Shown piece after piece: positions 25,650-34,897 of a stretch of DNA of 64,000 bases. Origin of the DNA: Candidatus Pacearchaeota archaeon. GTDB taxonomy: Archaea > Nanobdellota > Nanobdellia > Pacearchaeales > GW2011-AR1. The notes beneath the pieces were generated by a model. It saw nothing but the letters and a program-made list of their open reading frames with translations. It searched no databases and was not told the DNA's origin. The stretch lies in contig JAWCQE010000001.1 of the NCBI GenBank assembly GCA_038869895.1, forward strand, positions 121,879 through 185,878. The letters are read 5' to 3'. Made by a program: the position numbers and the translations under genes. Each line of letters begins with the position of its first letter. The first letter of the stretch is position 1.

Positions 25650-26600
25650 ATGAATAAAAATGGTTTTGAGTTCAGCTTTGCATGGCTGTTTGCGATAATT
25701 GCTGGTGCAGCTGTGCTTTTTCTTGCAATTTTTTTTGCAACAAAATATGTTTCAACAAGCGAATTTGAAATTAATACAAAAATTGCAGCCGAATTTGTAA
25801 ATGTTCTTAATCCTTTGCAAACAAGTGTTTATGATTCATCTGCAATAAATGTATTTCTCCCATCTGAAGCGAGAATTTTTACTTCATGCGATAGTGGAGG
25901 AAATTTTGGAAGAAGTATTGTAACTTTTTCCGAAAAAATAGGTTTTGGTGAAAAATTTTCAAGGGCAGGCAATCCAATCTCAACTGAAAATTCATATTTA
26001 TTTGCTGAAAATATTATTGAAGGAAAAAAGATTAATTTTCTTGTTTTCTCTTTAAAAATGCCTTACAAAATTGGGGATATTCTTATAGCTTATTCTGATT
26101 CTTACTGCTTTGTAAATGCCCCAAGAAATATTGAGAGAGAACTTGGAGATTTAACAGAAGGAAATAGTTTTGATGTCATATTCACTTCAAATAAAAATGC
26201 CTGTCCTGAAAGTAAGCCTGTGTGTTTTGGAGGTTTTGAATGTGATATAAATGTAAGATGCAACGACAATGAATGTTTAAGTGGATTTGTAAGAAAGGAT
26301 GGAATGGATAATTATTTTACTGGAAAACTTTTATACGGAGCGATATTTTCGTCAAGGGAAAATTATGAGTGTAATGTTAAGAGATTAATGAAGAGGCTTG
26401 AATCAGTTAGCACTATTTATTCTAAAAAATCCCAGTTTATAGCTTCAAGAGGATGCACTAATACAAATTTGCTTCCATTAATTGAATCTCTTAGAGAATC
26501 TTCTGGAGAATTTGAAAGGCTTGAAAACCTCCCACAAATTTCCTCTATTGCAGACGAAGTAAATGAAAAAAATAAATATCTTGAATGCCAGTTATTTTAA
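25650..26600 (+). CDS. Prepilin-like protein
   Basis: The N-terminus MNKNGFEFSFAWLFAIIAGAAVLFLAIFFA has an NG|F context. It starts 1 nt after the upstream stop. Confidence 0.55.
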   Translation: MNKNGFEFSFAWLFAIIAGAAVLFLAIFFATKYVSTSEFEINTKIAAEFVNVLNPLQTSVYDSSAINVFLPSEARIFTSCDSGGNFGRSIVTFSEKIGFGEKFSRAGNPISTENSYLFAENIIEGKKINFLVFSLKMPYKIGDILIAYSDSYCFVNAPRNIERELGDLTEGNSFDVIFTSNKNACPESKPVCFGGFECDINVRCNDNECLSGFVRKDGMDNYFTGKLLYGAIFSSRENYECNVKRLMKRLESVSTIYSKKSQFIASRGCTNTNLLPLIESLRESSGEFERLENLPQISSIADEVNEKNKYLECQLF

Positions 26601-27125
26601 ATGAAAGATAAAAAAGCCCAATTAAAGATAAAGCAGATGATTTTTATGCTTCTAGCTCTAACTATTTTTTTTGTTCTTGTTGCTTTGTTTTTTATCTCAA
26701 TAAAATCAATTAACCTTGAGAAAGAGGTTGTTGAATTAAAAAGAGATAGAGCTTCTAACTTAGTTGAAAAACTTTCTTCAACTCCGGAATTTATATTTGA
26801 AAACAAACCAAATTCAATTGATGCAGATAAACTTATTATCCTTCAAAGTGAAAGTATATATAGAACGAGAACGGATTCGACTTTTTGGGGAGTTGAGGGG
26901 ATAATAGTAAGAAGAATTTATCCGAAAGAAAGAGAGATTGAATGCACTAAATTTAACTATCCTGAATGTAATATTATCAAACTTTTTACAGAAAAAAATA
27001 CAAGTCCAACTTCAAGTTTCGTTTCATGGTGTAGAAAACAAAGTCTTGAAGGAAGGACGTATGATAAATGCGAACTTGCAGAACTTATGATAATTGAGGA
27101 AAAAATAAATGAAGCTCAAGACTAA
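26601..27125 (+). CDS. Prepilin-like protein
   Basis: The N-terminus is MKDKKAQLKIKQMIFMLLALTIFFVLVALFFI. It abuts the upstream stop. Confidence 0.5.
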   Translation: MKDKKAQLKIKQMIFMLLALTIFFVLVALFFISIKSINLEKEVVELKRDRASNLVEKLSSTPEFIFENKPNSIDADKLIILQSESIYRTRTDSTFWGVEGIIVRRIYPKEREIECTKFNYPECNIIKLFTEKNTSPTSSFVSWCRKQSLEGRTYDKCELAELMIIEEKINEAQD

Positions 27126-27609
27126 AAAATCGCAGGAAGAAATAGTCGGGTTTGTTTTAATAGTTGTCCTTATTGCTATTATCGGAGTTATATTTTTAGG
27201 GATATCCTTAAGAAAGGATTCAGGTAAGGTTAATGAAAGCCAAAAAATTGCAAGCCTTATAACTTCAATATCTCATTTGACAACTCAGTGTCAGATAAAT
27301 TCAAATTTCCAAGATGTAAGTGATTTAATAAATGGGTGTGCTAATAGAAGAATTTGCGATGATTCAAAGCCTACTTGTGAAGTCTTAAAAACCACTCTTG
27401 ATGAGGTTATGAAAGCAAGTTATGTTGTAACTGATAAAAGCTTTACAACACATTATAATTTAACAATAAATAATAAATTTGATAATACTATTTTAATAGA
27501 GCCGGTAATTTCAGGAAAAGTTGAAAGATGTCTTGGAAGAAAACTCGTAAATGAAAAAAATTTTGGCAGAGATTTATCAATGAGGATTGAAGTCTGTTTT
27601 AATGAATAA
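27109..27609 (+). CDS. Prepilin-like protein
   Basis: The N-terminus is MKLKTKKSQEEIVGFVLIVVLIAIIGVIFLGI. It overlaps the upstream gene by 17 nt. Confidence 0.5.
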   Translation: MKLKTKKSQEEIVGFVLIVVLIAIIGVIFLGISLRKDSGKVNESQKIASLITSISHLTTQCQINSNFQDVSDLINGCANRRICDDSKPTCEVLKTTLDEVMKASYVVTDKSFTTHYNLTINNKFDNTILIEPVISGKVERCLGRKLVNEKNFGRDLSMRIEVCFNE

Positions 27610-27661
27610 TTCATTAAACTTGAAATGTTGCTGGAACTCTAAGAAACCCGCTGGAGGTTTG

Positions 27662-28015
27662 TTAAATTCGCACAATAATGTTAATAGTATTGGCAGTCAA
27701 CACTGGCTTATGAGTTATCCTTCCGTTATGTTGTTCTGCTACTAAATCAATTAAGCCAAATTTTCTTAATAAAAGGACATCCTCTCTTAATGTTTTGAAA
27801 TCTCTATTTAATATTTTTGCTAAAGAGTAAAGGGATTTTGGTTGTTTCATTTTGATTGTATGTAATAATCTTGCTTTTTCATTACTTAGTAACTTCCTCA
27901 ATATTGATAAATCTTTAATGTTATAATCTTCTTTACTTCCTGTGAATTTTCTAAACACAGAGGCAAATGTCCCAGCTTTCTCGTATATATCTATTATCCT
28001 TGTTTTGTCAACCAT
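27662..28015 (-). CDS. Winged-helix transcriptional regulator
   Basis: ...ARLLHTIKMKQPKSLYSLAKILNRDFKTLREDVLLLRKFGLIDLV... follows the HTH-plus-wing pattern. The gene is divergent from the candidate S-layer gene. Confidence 0.55.
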   Translation of the reverse strand: MVDKTRIIDIYEKAGTFASVFRKFTGSKEDYNIKDLSILRKLLSNEKARLLHTIKMKQPKSLYSLAKILNRDFKTLREDVLLLRKFGLIDLVAEQHNGRITHKPVLTANTINIIVRI

Positions 28016-28084
28016 TTTTTTTGCCTTGTATTTCCATTTTTATTTTCTTTGGCTAAATTTTTTCACCAATAAATTTAATTATTT

Positions 28085-28111
28085 TATATATGGTTTTCTT
28101 TGCCATATATA
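28085..28111. promoter_or_regulatory. Palindromic operator candidate 1: TATATATGG-N9-CCATATATA
   Basis: Read directly from the sequence. The 9-bp perfect inverted arms lie at 28085-28093 and 28103-28111. The site is about 70 bp upstream of the HTH regulator start. Confidence 0.5.
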
Positions 28112-28147
28112 TTTAATTTCTTTATAAATTAAATTATTATTTTATTA

Positions 28148-28170
28148 TATATGGTTACAAAAACCATATA
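28148..28170. promoter_or_regulatory. Palindromic operator candidate 2: TATATGG-N9-CCATATA (arms extend to TATATGGTT/AACCATATA)
   Basis: Read directly from the sequence. It has the same half-sites and the same 9-nt core spacing as site 1, and lies 61 bp further on. It is followed by a TATA-like tatataaa at about 28173-28180. Confidence 0.5.
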
Positions 28171-28460
28171 CCTATATAAATGTTTCTTTTTATTTATTGA
28201 AAAATCTGTCTTCTTATATAATAGTAACATAATATTTATAAATAACTGGCTAAAAAGAGGGGACTTTAGAATATTTTAGAGAAAAACTTTATAAATGGGT
28301 TTTTCTTGTATCTTTTGTCGTGCCGATGACAAGCTTTGGCTTTTGCTTTAGCTTATAATTGCTCAAGGTAATTGAACAATGAGAAAATAAAATTGCCTTG
28401 GGGATGCCGATACCTAAATTGGTATTGACAAATGATTAAAATAATGAAAGGAGGTTTAAT

Positions 28461-31115
28461 ATGAAAATTAATTTTAGAAAAGTCGGTTCAGTTATTGCGA
28501 GTGCAGCTATGCTTGGAAGCACAATGGGAATTGCTGTTGCAGCCTCTTATCCTGGTGCGTTTACTGCAGGAGGGGCTGGAGGAGTAGCAATAGTTACAGG
28601 AAGTATTGCAGCTTCAAGTGATTTTGTTGCAGCAACAGAGATAGGTTCAAATTTAAACAGTGCGATTGCTGCAGGTATAATTACTACTGGTGGAAGTGTT
28701 ACAACTAGTGGAGAAACAAAAGCACTTTTTACAGGTTCCTCAAAAATATATATGAATGATAGTATAAGCATAAATAAAGCTACTTTAACGAAAACTGATT
28801 TGCCAACTATTCTTGCAGATGGTGAATTTAATGGAAATGTTGATTCTGAATATACACAAAGAATTATTCTTGGTTCTTATCCAAGAGTTATTTTTGGAAA
28901 AATGCCAACAACTGAGAATGATCCTTTAACAGGAATCAACCTTGGCACAACAGTTACAACACAATATTTATATAATATGACAGTTACATTTGACGAAGCA
29001 GTTAACTTTACCCACTCTGATTCAAAAACAAAAGGGACTGAAATTACTTTATTTGGACAGAAATTTACAGTGGCTGGAGCTACAGATTCTAGTAAATTGG
29101 TATTATTGAAGTCAGCTCAAAAAATTACTTTGGGTCTTGGAGGAAACAATCCTAATCCAGTTCAATCTGTAACAGTTAATGATAGGACGTATACAGTAGA
29201 ACTTACAAATGTTCAAGATGATGAGGCCATAATTAAAGTAACTGATAGTAATGGACAAAGTTCAACAGCAAGAATTAGTGAAGGGGCTTCAAGAAAAGTT
29301 CAAGGATTAGAAGTTGCAGTTAACATAGCTACAGAATCAACTGCATTGAGTAGTGCATGGGCAGATATTATTGTTGGAACCTCAAAAGTTACTCTTCAAG
29401 ATGGAGAGCCTGTGAAAGTAGGTTCTGAGGATAAGATAATTGATGGTACTCAAGTTGATTTTGTTGATACCACATATACTGGGAATATAACTAGACTTGT
29501 TGTCCAAGTTGCAGCACCTGAAAGTGATAAAGATGCGATAACTCCTGCAATGTCATTTGTTGACCCTGTTTTTGGAGGTTTCAAAGTTGATTTTCCTGGA
29601 TTAAATATTGCAAATGAAGATGAAACTGCCAGAGAAATGATTGAAGTCAAGAATTCAGGAAGTGACAAAATGACTGTAAAATTTACAGACTATAATAAAG
29701 GTGAGATAACCTTTAATTGGGTCTATAACAGATCTAATTCACAGGGAGGAATTATGAGATTAGCAGATTCAAACAACAGAAGGATAATTGTTGCTGAAAT
29801 GTCTCCTATAAATAAATCAGAATATGTTATGGTTGGAAATGAAGATGAAGGAGGATTGTACCAAGTTGTAACAATCACAAATTCTTCGGGATTTTCAGAT
29901 GATTCAGTTGAATTAAGAGATGTTATTACAGGAAAAACTGAAAAAGCTTCTATTACTGCTGAAGGTTCTGGAACTATTGTCCTTAATGGAAAGACATATG
30001 AGGTAAGTTATTTTGCACCAAACACTTTAACTGACACAGCAAGAACCATAAGATTAAATTATCCTGACAGTTCAGGCAATAGTGTAATCTTATATCCTAC
30101 AATTGAAACGTCAAAAGGAGCAAAAATTGCTTTCTATGAACCATTAACTATAGATCTGATGACTCAACATGCTGGAGGCAATTTATCTGGACATAATATA
30201 AAATTTCCAGATGGAGATGGTTATACTGACGCCGCAGTTGTTATTGTAAATACAACTACTGGAATGGTGACTATAGATGGGAACAATCTTAATACAGGTG
30301 CTTCAGATGGAGCAAGTTCTACAACTAAAACTGTCGGAAGATTAACTTACAATTTCACAAGTACAGGTGTTGGTAACAATACGAAGGTCTATCTTCAAGC
30401 AATTCCAGGAGTAAATATTGTAAGGCCTGCAATAATCCTTTTTGAAGAAAAAGATGACCAAAATAATTACGAGGCTGTAGTTATTACATTAGATTCAGGT
30501 TATGACGGAGATAGTGCAGGAATCGGAGTCCAAAATGTTATAAGAACATGGGGGCTTGATGGTTCTAATGGAGATTCAGATGCATGGAATGATGTAAGAC
30601 TTGAAAGCAATGATGACTTGTATCAAGACATGGATAGATGGGGAACAATAATCACTGCTGATAAATCTGATAGTGATCAAACAAGGGCTGTAATAAGCTA
30701 CCCAGATGAACAAGTATATGCACAAGTCTATGTATCTTCATCAAATGCAGTCGTGTCTTCAGGAAATGGAGGAGCAGGAACCGTAATGGTTGTGAGAGAT
30801 AATGAAGTTGACAACATTGCAAACAAGAATCTGATTGTTGTTGGGGGTAGCTGTGTAAATACATTAGCTGCTGAATTGCTTGGAAGTTCAAATCCTTTAT
30901 GTGGAAGGGATTTCACTGCAAGAACAAATGTCGGTGTTGGAGAATACCTAATTGAAACTTTCTCACGAACTGACGGAAAAATTGCTACCTTAGTCGCAGG
31001 ATATGAAGCTGATGATACAAGGGCTGCAGCAAGGTCTTTGGTAACAAATAATCCAGAGATTGCTTCTGGTGTCAAGTATAAAGGTTCGACTTCAGGCTCA
31101 TTCACAAGAGCGTAA
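28461..31115 (+). CDS. Candidate S-layer / major surface glycoprotein (884 aa)
   Basis: A strong SD (GGAGGT, 5 nt before the ATG) precedes a signal peptide ending ...MGIAVAAS. The protein is Thr/Ser/Asn/Gly-rich with many N-x-S/T sequons. Its only two Cys sit in the C-terminal NLIVVGGSCVNTLAAELLG...LCG segment. I recall that motif type from archaeal S-layer proteins. A long T-rich tract follows the stop. Confidence 0.6.
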   Translation: MKINFRKVGSVIASAAMLGSTMGIAVAASYPGAFTAGGAGGVAIVTGSIAASSDFVAATEIGSNLNSAIAAGIITTGGSVTTSGETKALFTGSSKIYMNDSISINKATLTKTDLPTILADGEFNGNVDSEYTQRIILGSYPRVIFGKMPTTENDPLTGINLGTTVTTQYLYNMTVTFDEAVNFTHSDSKTKGTEITLFGQKFTVAGATDSSKLVLLKSAQKITLGLGGNNPNPVQSVTVNDRTYTVELTNVQDDEAIIKVTDSNGQSSTARISEGASRKVQGLEVAVNIATESTALSSAWADIIVGTSKVTLQDGEPVKVGSEDKIIDGTQVDFVDTTYTGNITRLVVQVAAPESDKDAITPAMSFVDPVFGGFKVDFPGLNIANEDETAREMIEVKNSGSDKMTVKFTDYNKGEITFNWVYNRSNSQGGIMRLADSNNRRIIVAEMSPINKSEYVMVGNEDEGGLYQVVTITNSSGFSDDSVELRDVITGKTEKASITAEGSGTIVLNGKTYEVSYFAPNTLTDTARTIRLNYPDSSGNSVILYPTIETSKGAKIAFYEPLTIDLMTQHAGGNLSGHNIKFPDGDGYTDAAVVIVNTTTGMVTIDGNNLNTGASDGASSTTKTVGRLTYNFTSTGVGNNTKVYLQAIPGVNIVRPAIILFEEKDDQNNYEAVVITLDSGYDGDSAGIGVQNVIRTWGLDGSNGDSDAWNDVRLESNDDLYQDMDRWGTIITADKSDSDQTRAVISYPDEQVYAQVYVSSSNAVVSSGNGGAGTVMVVRDNEVDNIANKNLIVVGGSCVNTLAAELLGSSNPLCGRDFTARTNVGVGEYLIETFSRTDGKIATLVAGYEADDTRAAARSLVTNNPEIASGVKYKGSTSGSFTRA

Positions 31116-31291
31116 AAACAATTTATTTTTACTTTTTCTTTTATTTTTTATTTATAAAATAATTATATATTAATTAAATTATAAAAAGTCAATAAACTAA
31201 TGTATCGTTCATTTAAAAAATAAAACTTGTTAAGAGATTATTGAATAATTTTATTAATAAACTTTTTAAACAAGATTTGATATTTTATAAA

Positions 31292-31885
31292 ATGAGAAGA
31301 ATTGAGACAAAAGAAGATGCTGAAAAGAGGAAGAGAAGAAACCAGATAATTATTGCATTTGTTTTTATTAGTATTCTTACAAGTAGCACTATAGGATTTG
31401 TTTTTGTATTTAAAAATCCAGAATTTGATTCAAGTGAAAATAAGGAAAGTATAGATTATAATGGAATTAATTTTGTAAGAAACCAGCGAGGATATTGGCA
31501 ATTTAATTCTCACAATAGTACCTTTTTTACTTTATTTAATCCAAAAGAAACAGAAAATATTTCTTTTGAAGGAGAGGTAAATGTTAACGATTTTGTTAAT
31601 AAACCTCTTTATTATTCATCTGGAAATATGACTGCAGCACTTTCAGAACTAATGAGAAACATTGGAAGTTTCTCACTTAGGTATCAAGAAGTATGTGTTG
31701 AGAATTATGAATGTAAGAATGAAGGACTGCCTATAAAAGACTGTTCAAATGATATTATTATATTAAAATTATCAGATGAAATAAAAGCTTATAAACAGGA
31801 AAAATGTATTTTCCTTGAAGGAACTGAGGAAGAATTAATTTTGCTTGCAGATAAATTAATCTATAAATCTTTAGGTATTCAATAA
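31292..31885 (+). CDS. N-terminally membrane-anchored hypothetical protein; paralog of the next gene
   Basis: The ATG at 31292 gives MRRIETKEDAEKRKRRNQIIIAFVFISILTSS, whereas the ORF-track start at 31241 is a TTG. It shares a C-terminal pattern with ORF 31885: ...C....(I/L)(I/Y)L......K......KC.(F/V)L......EL. Confidence 0.45.
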   Translation: MRRIETKEDAEKRKRRNQIIIAFVFISILTSSTIGFVFVFKNPEFDSSENKESIDYNGINFVRNQRGYWQFNSHNSTFFTLFNPKETENISFEGEVNVNDFVNKPLYYSSGNMTAALSELMRNIGSFSLRYQEVCVENYECKNEGLPIKDCSNDIIILKLSDEIKAYKQEKCIFLEGTEEELILLADKLIYKSLGIQ

Positions 31886-32562
31886 TGAAAGAACAAAAAG
31901 AGATTAAAAAGGAATCTTTAGAAAATAGAACAAAGGAAGAAGATAAAGACTCTTATCAGGAAGTAGGAGTTAAATGGCTCTTTATAATCCTTGCGTTTTT
32001 AGTTACTTCATTGATTATTGTTGGATGGATTTTATCAGAATCAAAGAAATCTGATTATATTGGACTGACTTTTAAAAAAGAGAATTTTGGTGAAATTCCA
32101 ATTTATACAACTTCTCTTACAGGATATGGTGTTAATGGAAAACCAATTGATTTTAAATTAATATTGAGAAATAATCCTAAAGAATCAAAAATACCAGTAA
32201 TTGGAGAAGTTGATTTTGTAATTGGTAAACCCATATATCTTTCTCTTAACATGGAAGGAGAATTATACAAATGTGGTTCTACTCCTTTAGTTGCCTTTGG
32301 CCAGTTTATGGATGCAATGGGTTTTAATATACAAACTGGAATAAGCACAGAAGATAAGGCAAATGAATTTCAAAGAGAATATATAACATGCCTTAATACT
32401 CCAGATGCTACGGTTTTATATCTTACTGAAGGCAATGAAAGTAAAATAGAAAGAGTTGACGATAAGTGCTATGTTTTAAGTGTAAATAATTGCGAACTTA
32501 CAGAAGTTCTTGAGAGGTTTGAGATAGCAACACTTTCAACATTAACAGGAAAATCGCTTTAA
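31885..32562 (+). CDS. N-terminally membrane-anchored hypothetical protein
   Basis: It has an acidic/Lys-rich N-terminus, a single TM helix (WLFIILAFLVTSLIIVGWIL) and an extracytoplasmic domain. Its start overlaps the upstream stop (ATAATG). Confidence 0.45.
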   Translation: MKEQKEIKKESLENRTKEEDKDSYQEVGVKWLFIILAFLVTSLIIVGWILSESKKSDYIGLTFKKENFGEIPIYTTSLTGYGVNGKPIDFKLILRNNPKESKIPVIGEVDFVIGKPIYLSLNMEGELYKCGSTPLVAFGQFMDAMGFNIQTGISTEDKANEFQREYITCLNTPDATVLYLTEGNESKIERVDDKCYVLSVNNCELTEVLERFEIATLSTLTGKSL

Positions 32563-32679
32563 AAATTAATTACAAAAATCATTGGAGTTTTTTATTAATG
32601 AGAATTTGATTGCTGAAACAAGTGAAATAAAAATAATCTCCCAGATTATTTTTCACAAAATTAATGAGAAATTTTCTTA

Positions 32680-33219
32680 TCATTTATTTTTTATATATTT
32701 CATAAAATAATTTACATCAGAATAAATAGGAATTTCCTTTATTTCAAAAATATAAATTGCTGAAAACCATATTATGACAACAAAAATCGTGCTTAATCCA
32801 TACCAAAAAAATTTATGTGTTATATCAAAGAATTGATAATTCGATAAAAAGAGGGATGAAAGGACAATAATTCTTATAATGTTAAATCCAAGAAAAACTG
32901 CGAATAGATAAATAAGTGAGTAAAGTCTTTTTTTATTTTCCATAGGTGTTGAGAGGTTTAGAATTAAAATAAGATAATATGCAGAGCCCGCGATACATGA
33001 TTCTATTAAGTTAATTGTTACGTTGTCTACAATTATACTTATTCCAGAAATATTTGTTGAGTAAAATAATTTTAATACATAAAAAACTGGATAAATTGTA
33101 AGAGGAGTTAACACTTTGTAGATTATCCAAAGATTTCCAATCCCAATAACAGCAAGAAAAATATATCTAAAGAGAATATTATAATAATTATAATTATTTG
33201 GCACCTTTCTTTTTTTCAT
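32680..33219 (-). CDS. Miniature exosortase/archaeosortase-family protein (candidate transpeptidase)
   Basis: It is a 179-aa all-TM protein. A Cys in ...NLIESCIAGSAYY..., an Arg in ...GFNIIRIIV... 41 residues later and a His in ...DITHKFFWYG... resemble the Cys/Arg/His signature arrangement of the family. Confidence 0.5.
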   Translation of the reverse strand: MKKRKVPNNYNYYNILFRYIFLAVIGIGNLWIIYKVLTPLTIYPVFYVLKLFYSTNISGISIIVDNVTINLIESCIAGSAYYLILILNLSTPMENKKRLYSLIYLFAVFLGFNIIRIIVLSSLFLSNYQFFDITHKFFWYGLSTIFVVIIWFSAIYIFEIKEIPIYSDVNYFMKYIKNK

Positions 33220-33259
33220 TTAATACTATATTAAGATTAACTAGTTTAAAAACCTTATA

Positions 33260-34897
33260 TTATCTTTTTGCTATCCTTATGGCAACGATAATTATTAATA
33301 TTATTAATACAACATTAATAATAGCTATTAGCCAGATAATCCAATTTTCCCTTATATTGTTGGCAATTGAACTTCCTGTGAGTCCTTTTATTCCACTCCA
33401 ACCAACTTTTGGCTGAATGTTTGGAACACTTATTTTTTTTTCAGTTACTCTTCCATTGTGAGATACTTGGAGTGTAAAATCGTTATTTCCTGAGACGTCG
33501 CTATTTGGAGTTAAGGAAATTACAACCTCTCTTGAACTTCCTGCATCCAATGTTATTGTTCTTGGCTCAATTGAATTTAATGATGCCCATGTATCGTAAT
33601 TTAGGGCTGAAATTTGATATAATGTCTGTTCAGTTCCTGTGTTTGTTATTGTTGTTTTTATTATAAGATTTTGTCCTGCTACAGCACCAGACTCAAGTCT
33701 TGCTGAAATCCCCACAGAACTCTGTGAAGTTGTTGTAGTGGATCCCTGGCAATTTCCTTTGATTGTGAGAGGAATTGTAAATATTGATTCTTTTTCATCA
33801 GCATCTTCAAAATAATTTCCGTCTTCGTCATAAACCTCAAATCTCAAATTATATGTGCCTTCCCTAATATTTTTTGGAATTTCAAGAAGGAATGAAGTTC
33901 TTTTATCATCTAATGAATCTATATCCCCAAGTTCAATTATTTTCTGAAATCCAAATTCATTTACACTAACTTTTAATTCTACATCATCTTGGTTATCACT
34001 TCCAATATTCCAAAATGTTGCAGCAGTTACATCTACACTTGAACCACATTGCAAAGTTTCTGGCAGACTTAATTTATTGAAGTCCAAAATTATGAAATCT
34101 TCATCTATAAGTTCTGCTTCTTTTGTTTCATAAGCACATTGGACGTTTTCTCCAACATCATCACTAAATGCTTTTACAATGAGCATTAAGTTATCTCCTA
34201 AATCATCTTCACTGAAATCGTCAGGGTCTAGTTTAATTTTGATTGTTAGAATTTTGTTTTTTCCGTCGCTTAAATCAAATTCTTCTTCATCATTTTCATC
34301 AATTATTTTCCCTGTATTTTTATTAATAAGCATCCATTCAACAATTATGTCCCTTATTTTTTCATCATCTCTATTATCAACTTTAACTTCAAGTTCAATT
34401 TCATCTAATAAATACCATTCATCATCTTTTCCGTGTCCATTGTTATTTATGTGAAGTCTTACTCTTAAATCCCCCACATTGCCAACACTACAGAAAGTAT
34501 TTGTAAATGATACTGAAACATTTATTTTTTTTGTATTATTTGGACTTGCAACTTCCACAGCTTCAATTTCAATATTTTTTGTCTGTTGGATAAATGAAAA
34601 TCCATCCTCAATATTTAATACTGAAATTTTAAATCTTGCTGTTTTGACGTCTGTTATTGATGTTTCATTTATTATGGAAAGAGTAGCTTTTTTATCATTA
34701 TTATCTGTTATTTGCACTGATGAAGGGAAATTAAAATTTACAGACACATTATTTGTCACTGAAATTGTAAAAGTAGTAGTTGATGATTTGCTTACTATAG
34801 GTGATGGAGTTGTAGAACTTAAAACAGGTTCTACTGCGGATACAAATGAAATTATAAAAATGCTTGCCAAAAAAATTGATAGTACTTTTGATTTCAT
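33260..34897 (-). CDS. Secreted surface protein with beta-sandwich (CARDB-like) repeats and a C-terminal TM + basic sorting-type tail
   Basis: The signal peptide ends MKSKVLSIFLASIFIISFVSA|VEP. The C-terminus is ...IRENWIIWLIAIINVVLIILIIIVAIRIAKR. The segment ...TLDAGSSREVVISLTPNSDVSGNNDFTLQVSH is CARDB-like. Confidence 0.6.
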   Translation of the reverse strand: MKSKVLSIFLASIFIISFVSAVEPVLSSTTPSPIVSKSSTTTFTISVTNNVSVNFNFPSSVQITDNNDKKATLSIINETSITDVKTARFKISVLNIEDGFSFIQQTKNIEIEAVEVASPNNTKKINVSVSFTNTFCSVGNVGDLRVRLHINNNGHGKDDEWYLLDEIELEVKVDNRDDEKIRDIIVEWMLINKNTGKIIDENDEEEFDLSDGKNKILTIKIKLDPDDFSEDDLGDNLMLIVKAFSDDVGENVQCAYETKEAELIDEDFIILDFNKLSLPETLQCGSSVDVTAATFWNIGSDNQDDVELKVSVNEFGFQKIIELGDIDSLDDKRTSFLLEIPKNIREGTYNLRFEVYDEDGNYFEDADEKESIFTIPLTIKGNCQGSTTTTSQSSVGISARLESGAVAGQNLIIKTTITNTGTEQTLYQISALNYDTWASLNSIEPRTITLDAGSSREVVISLTPNSDVSGNNDFTLQVSHNGRVTEKKISVPNIQPKVGWSGIKGLTGSSIANNIRENWIIWLIAIINVVLIILIIIVAIRIAKR

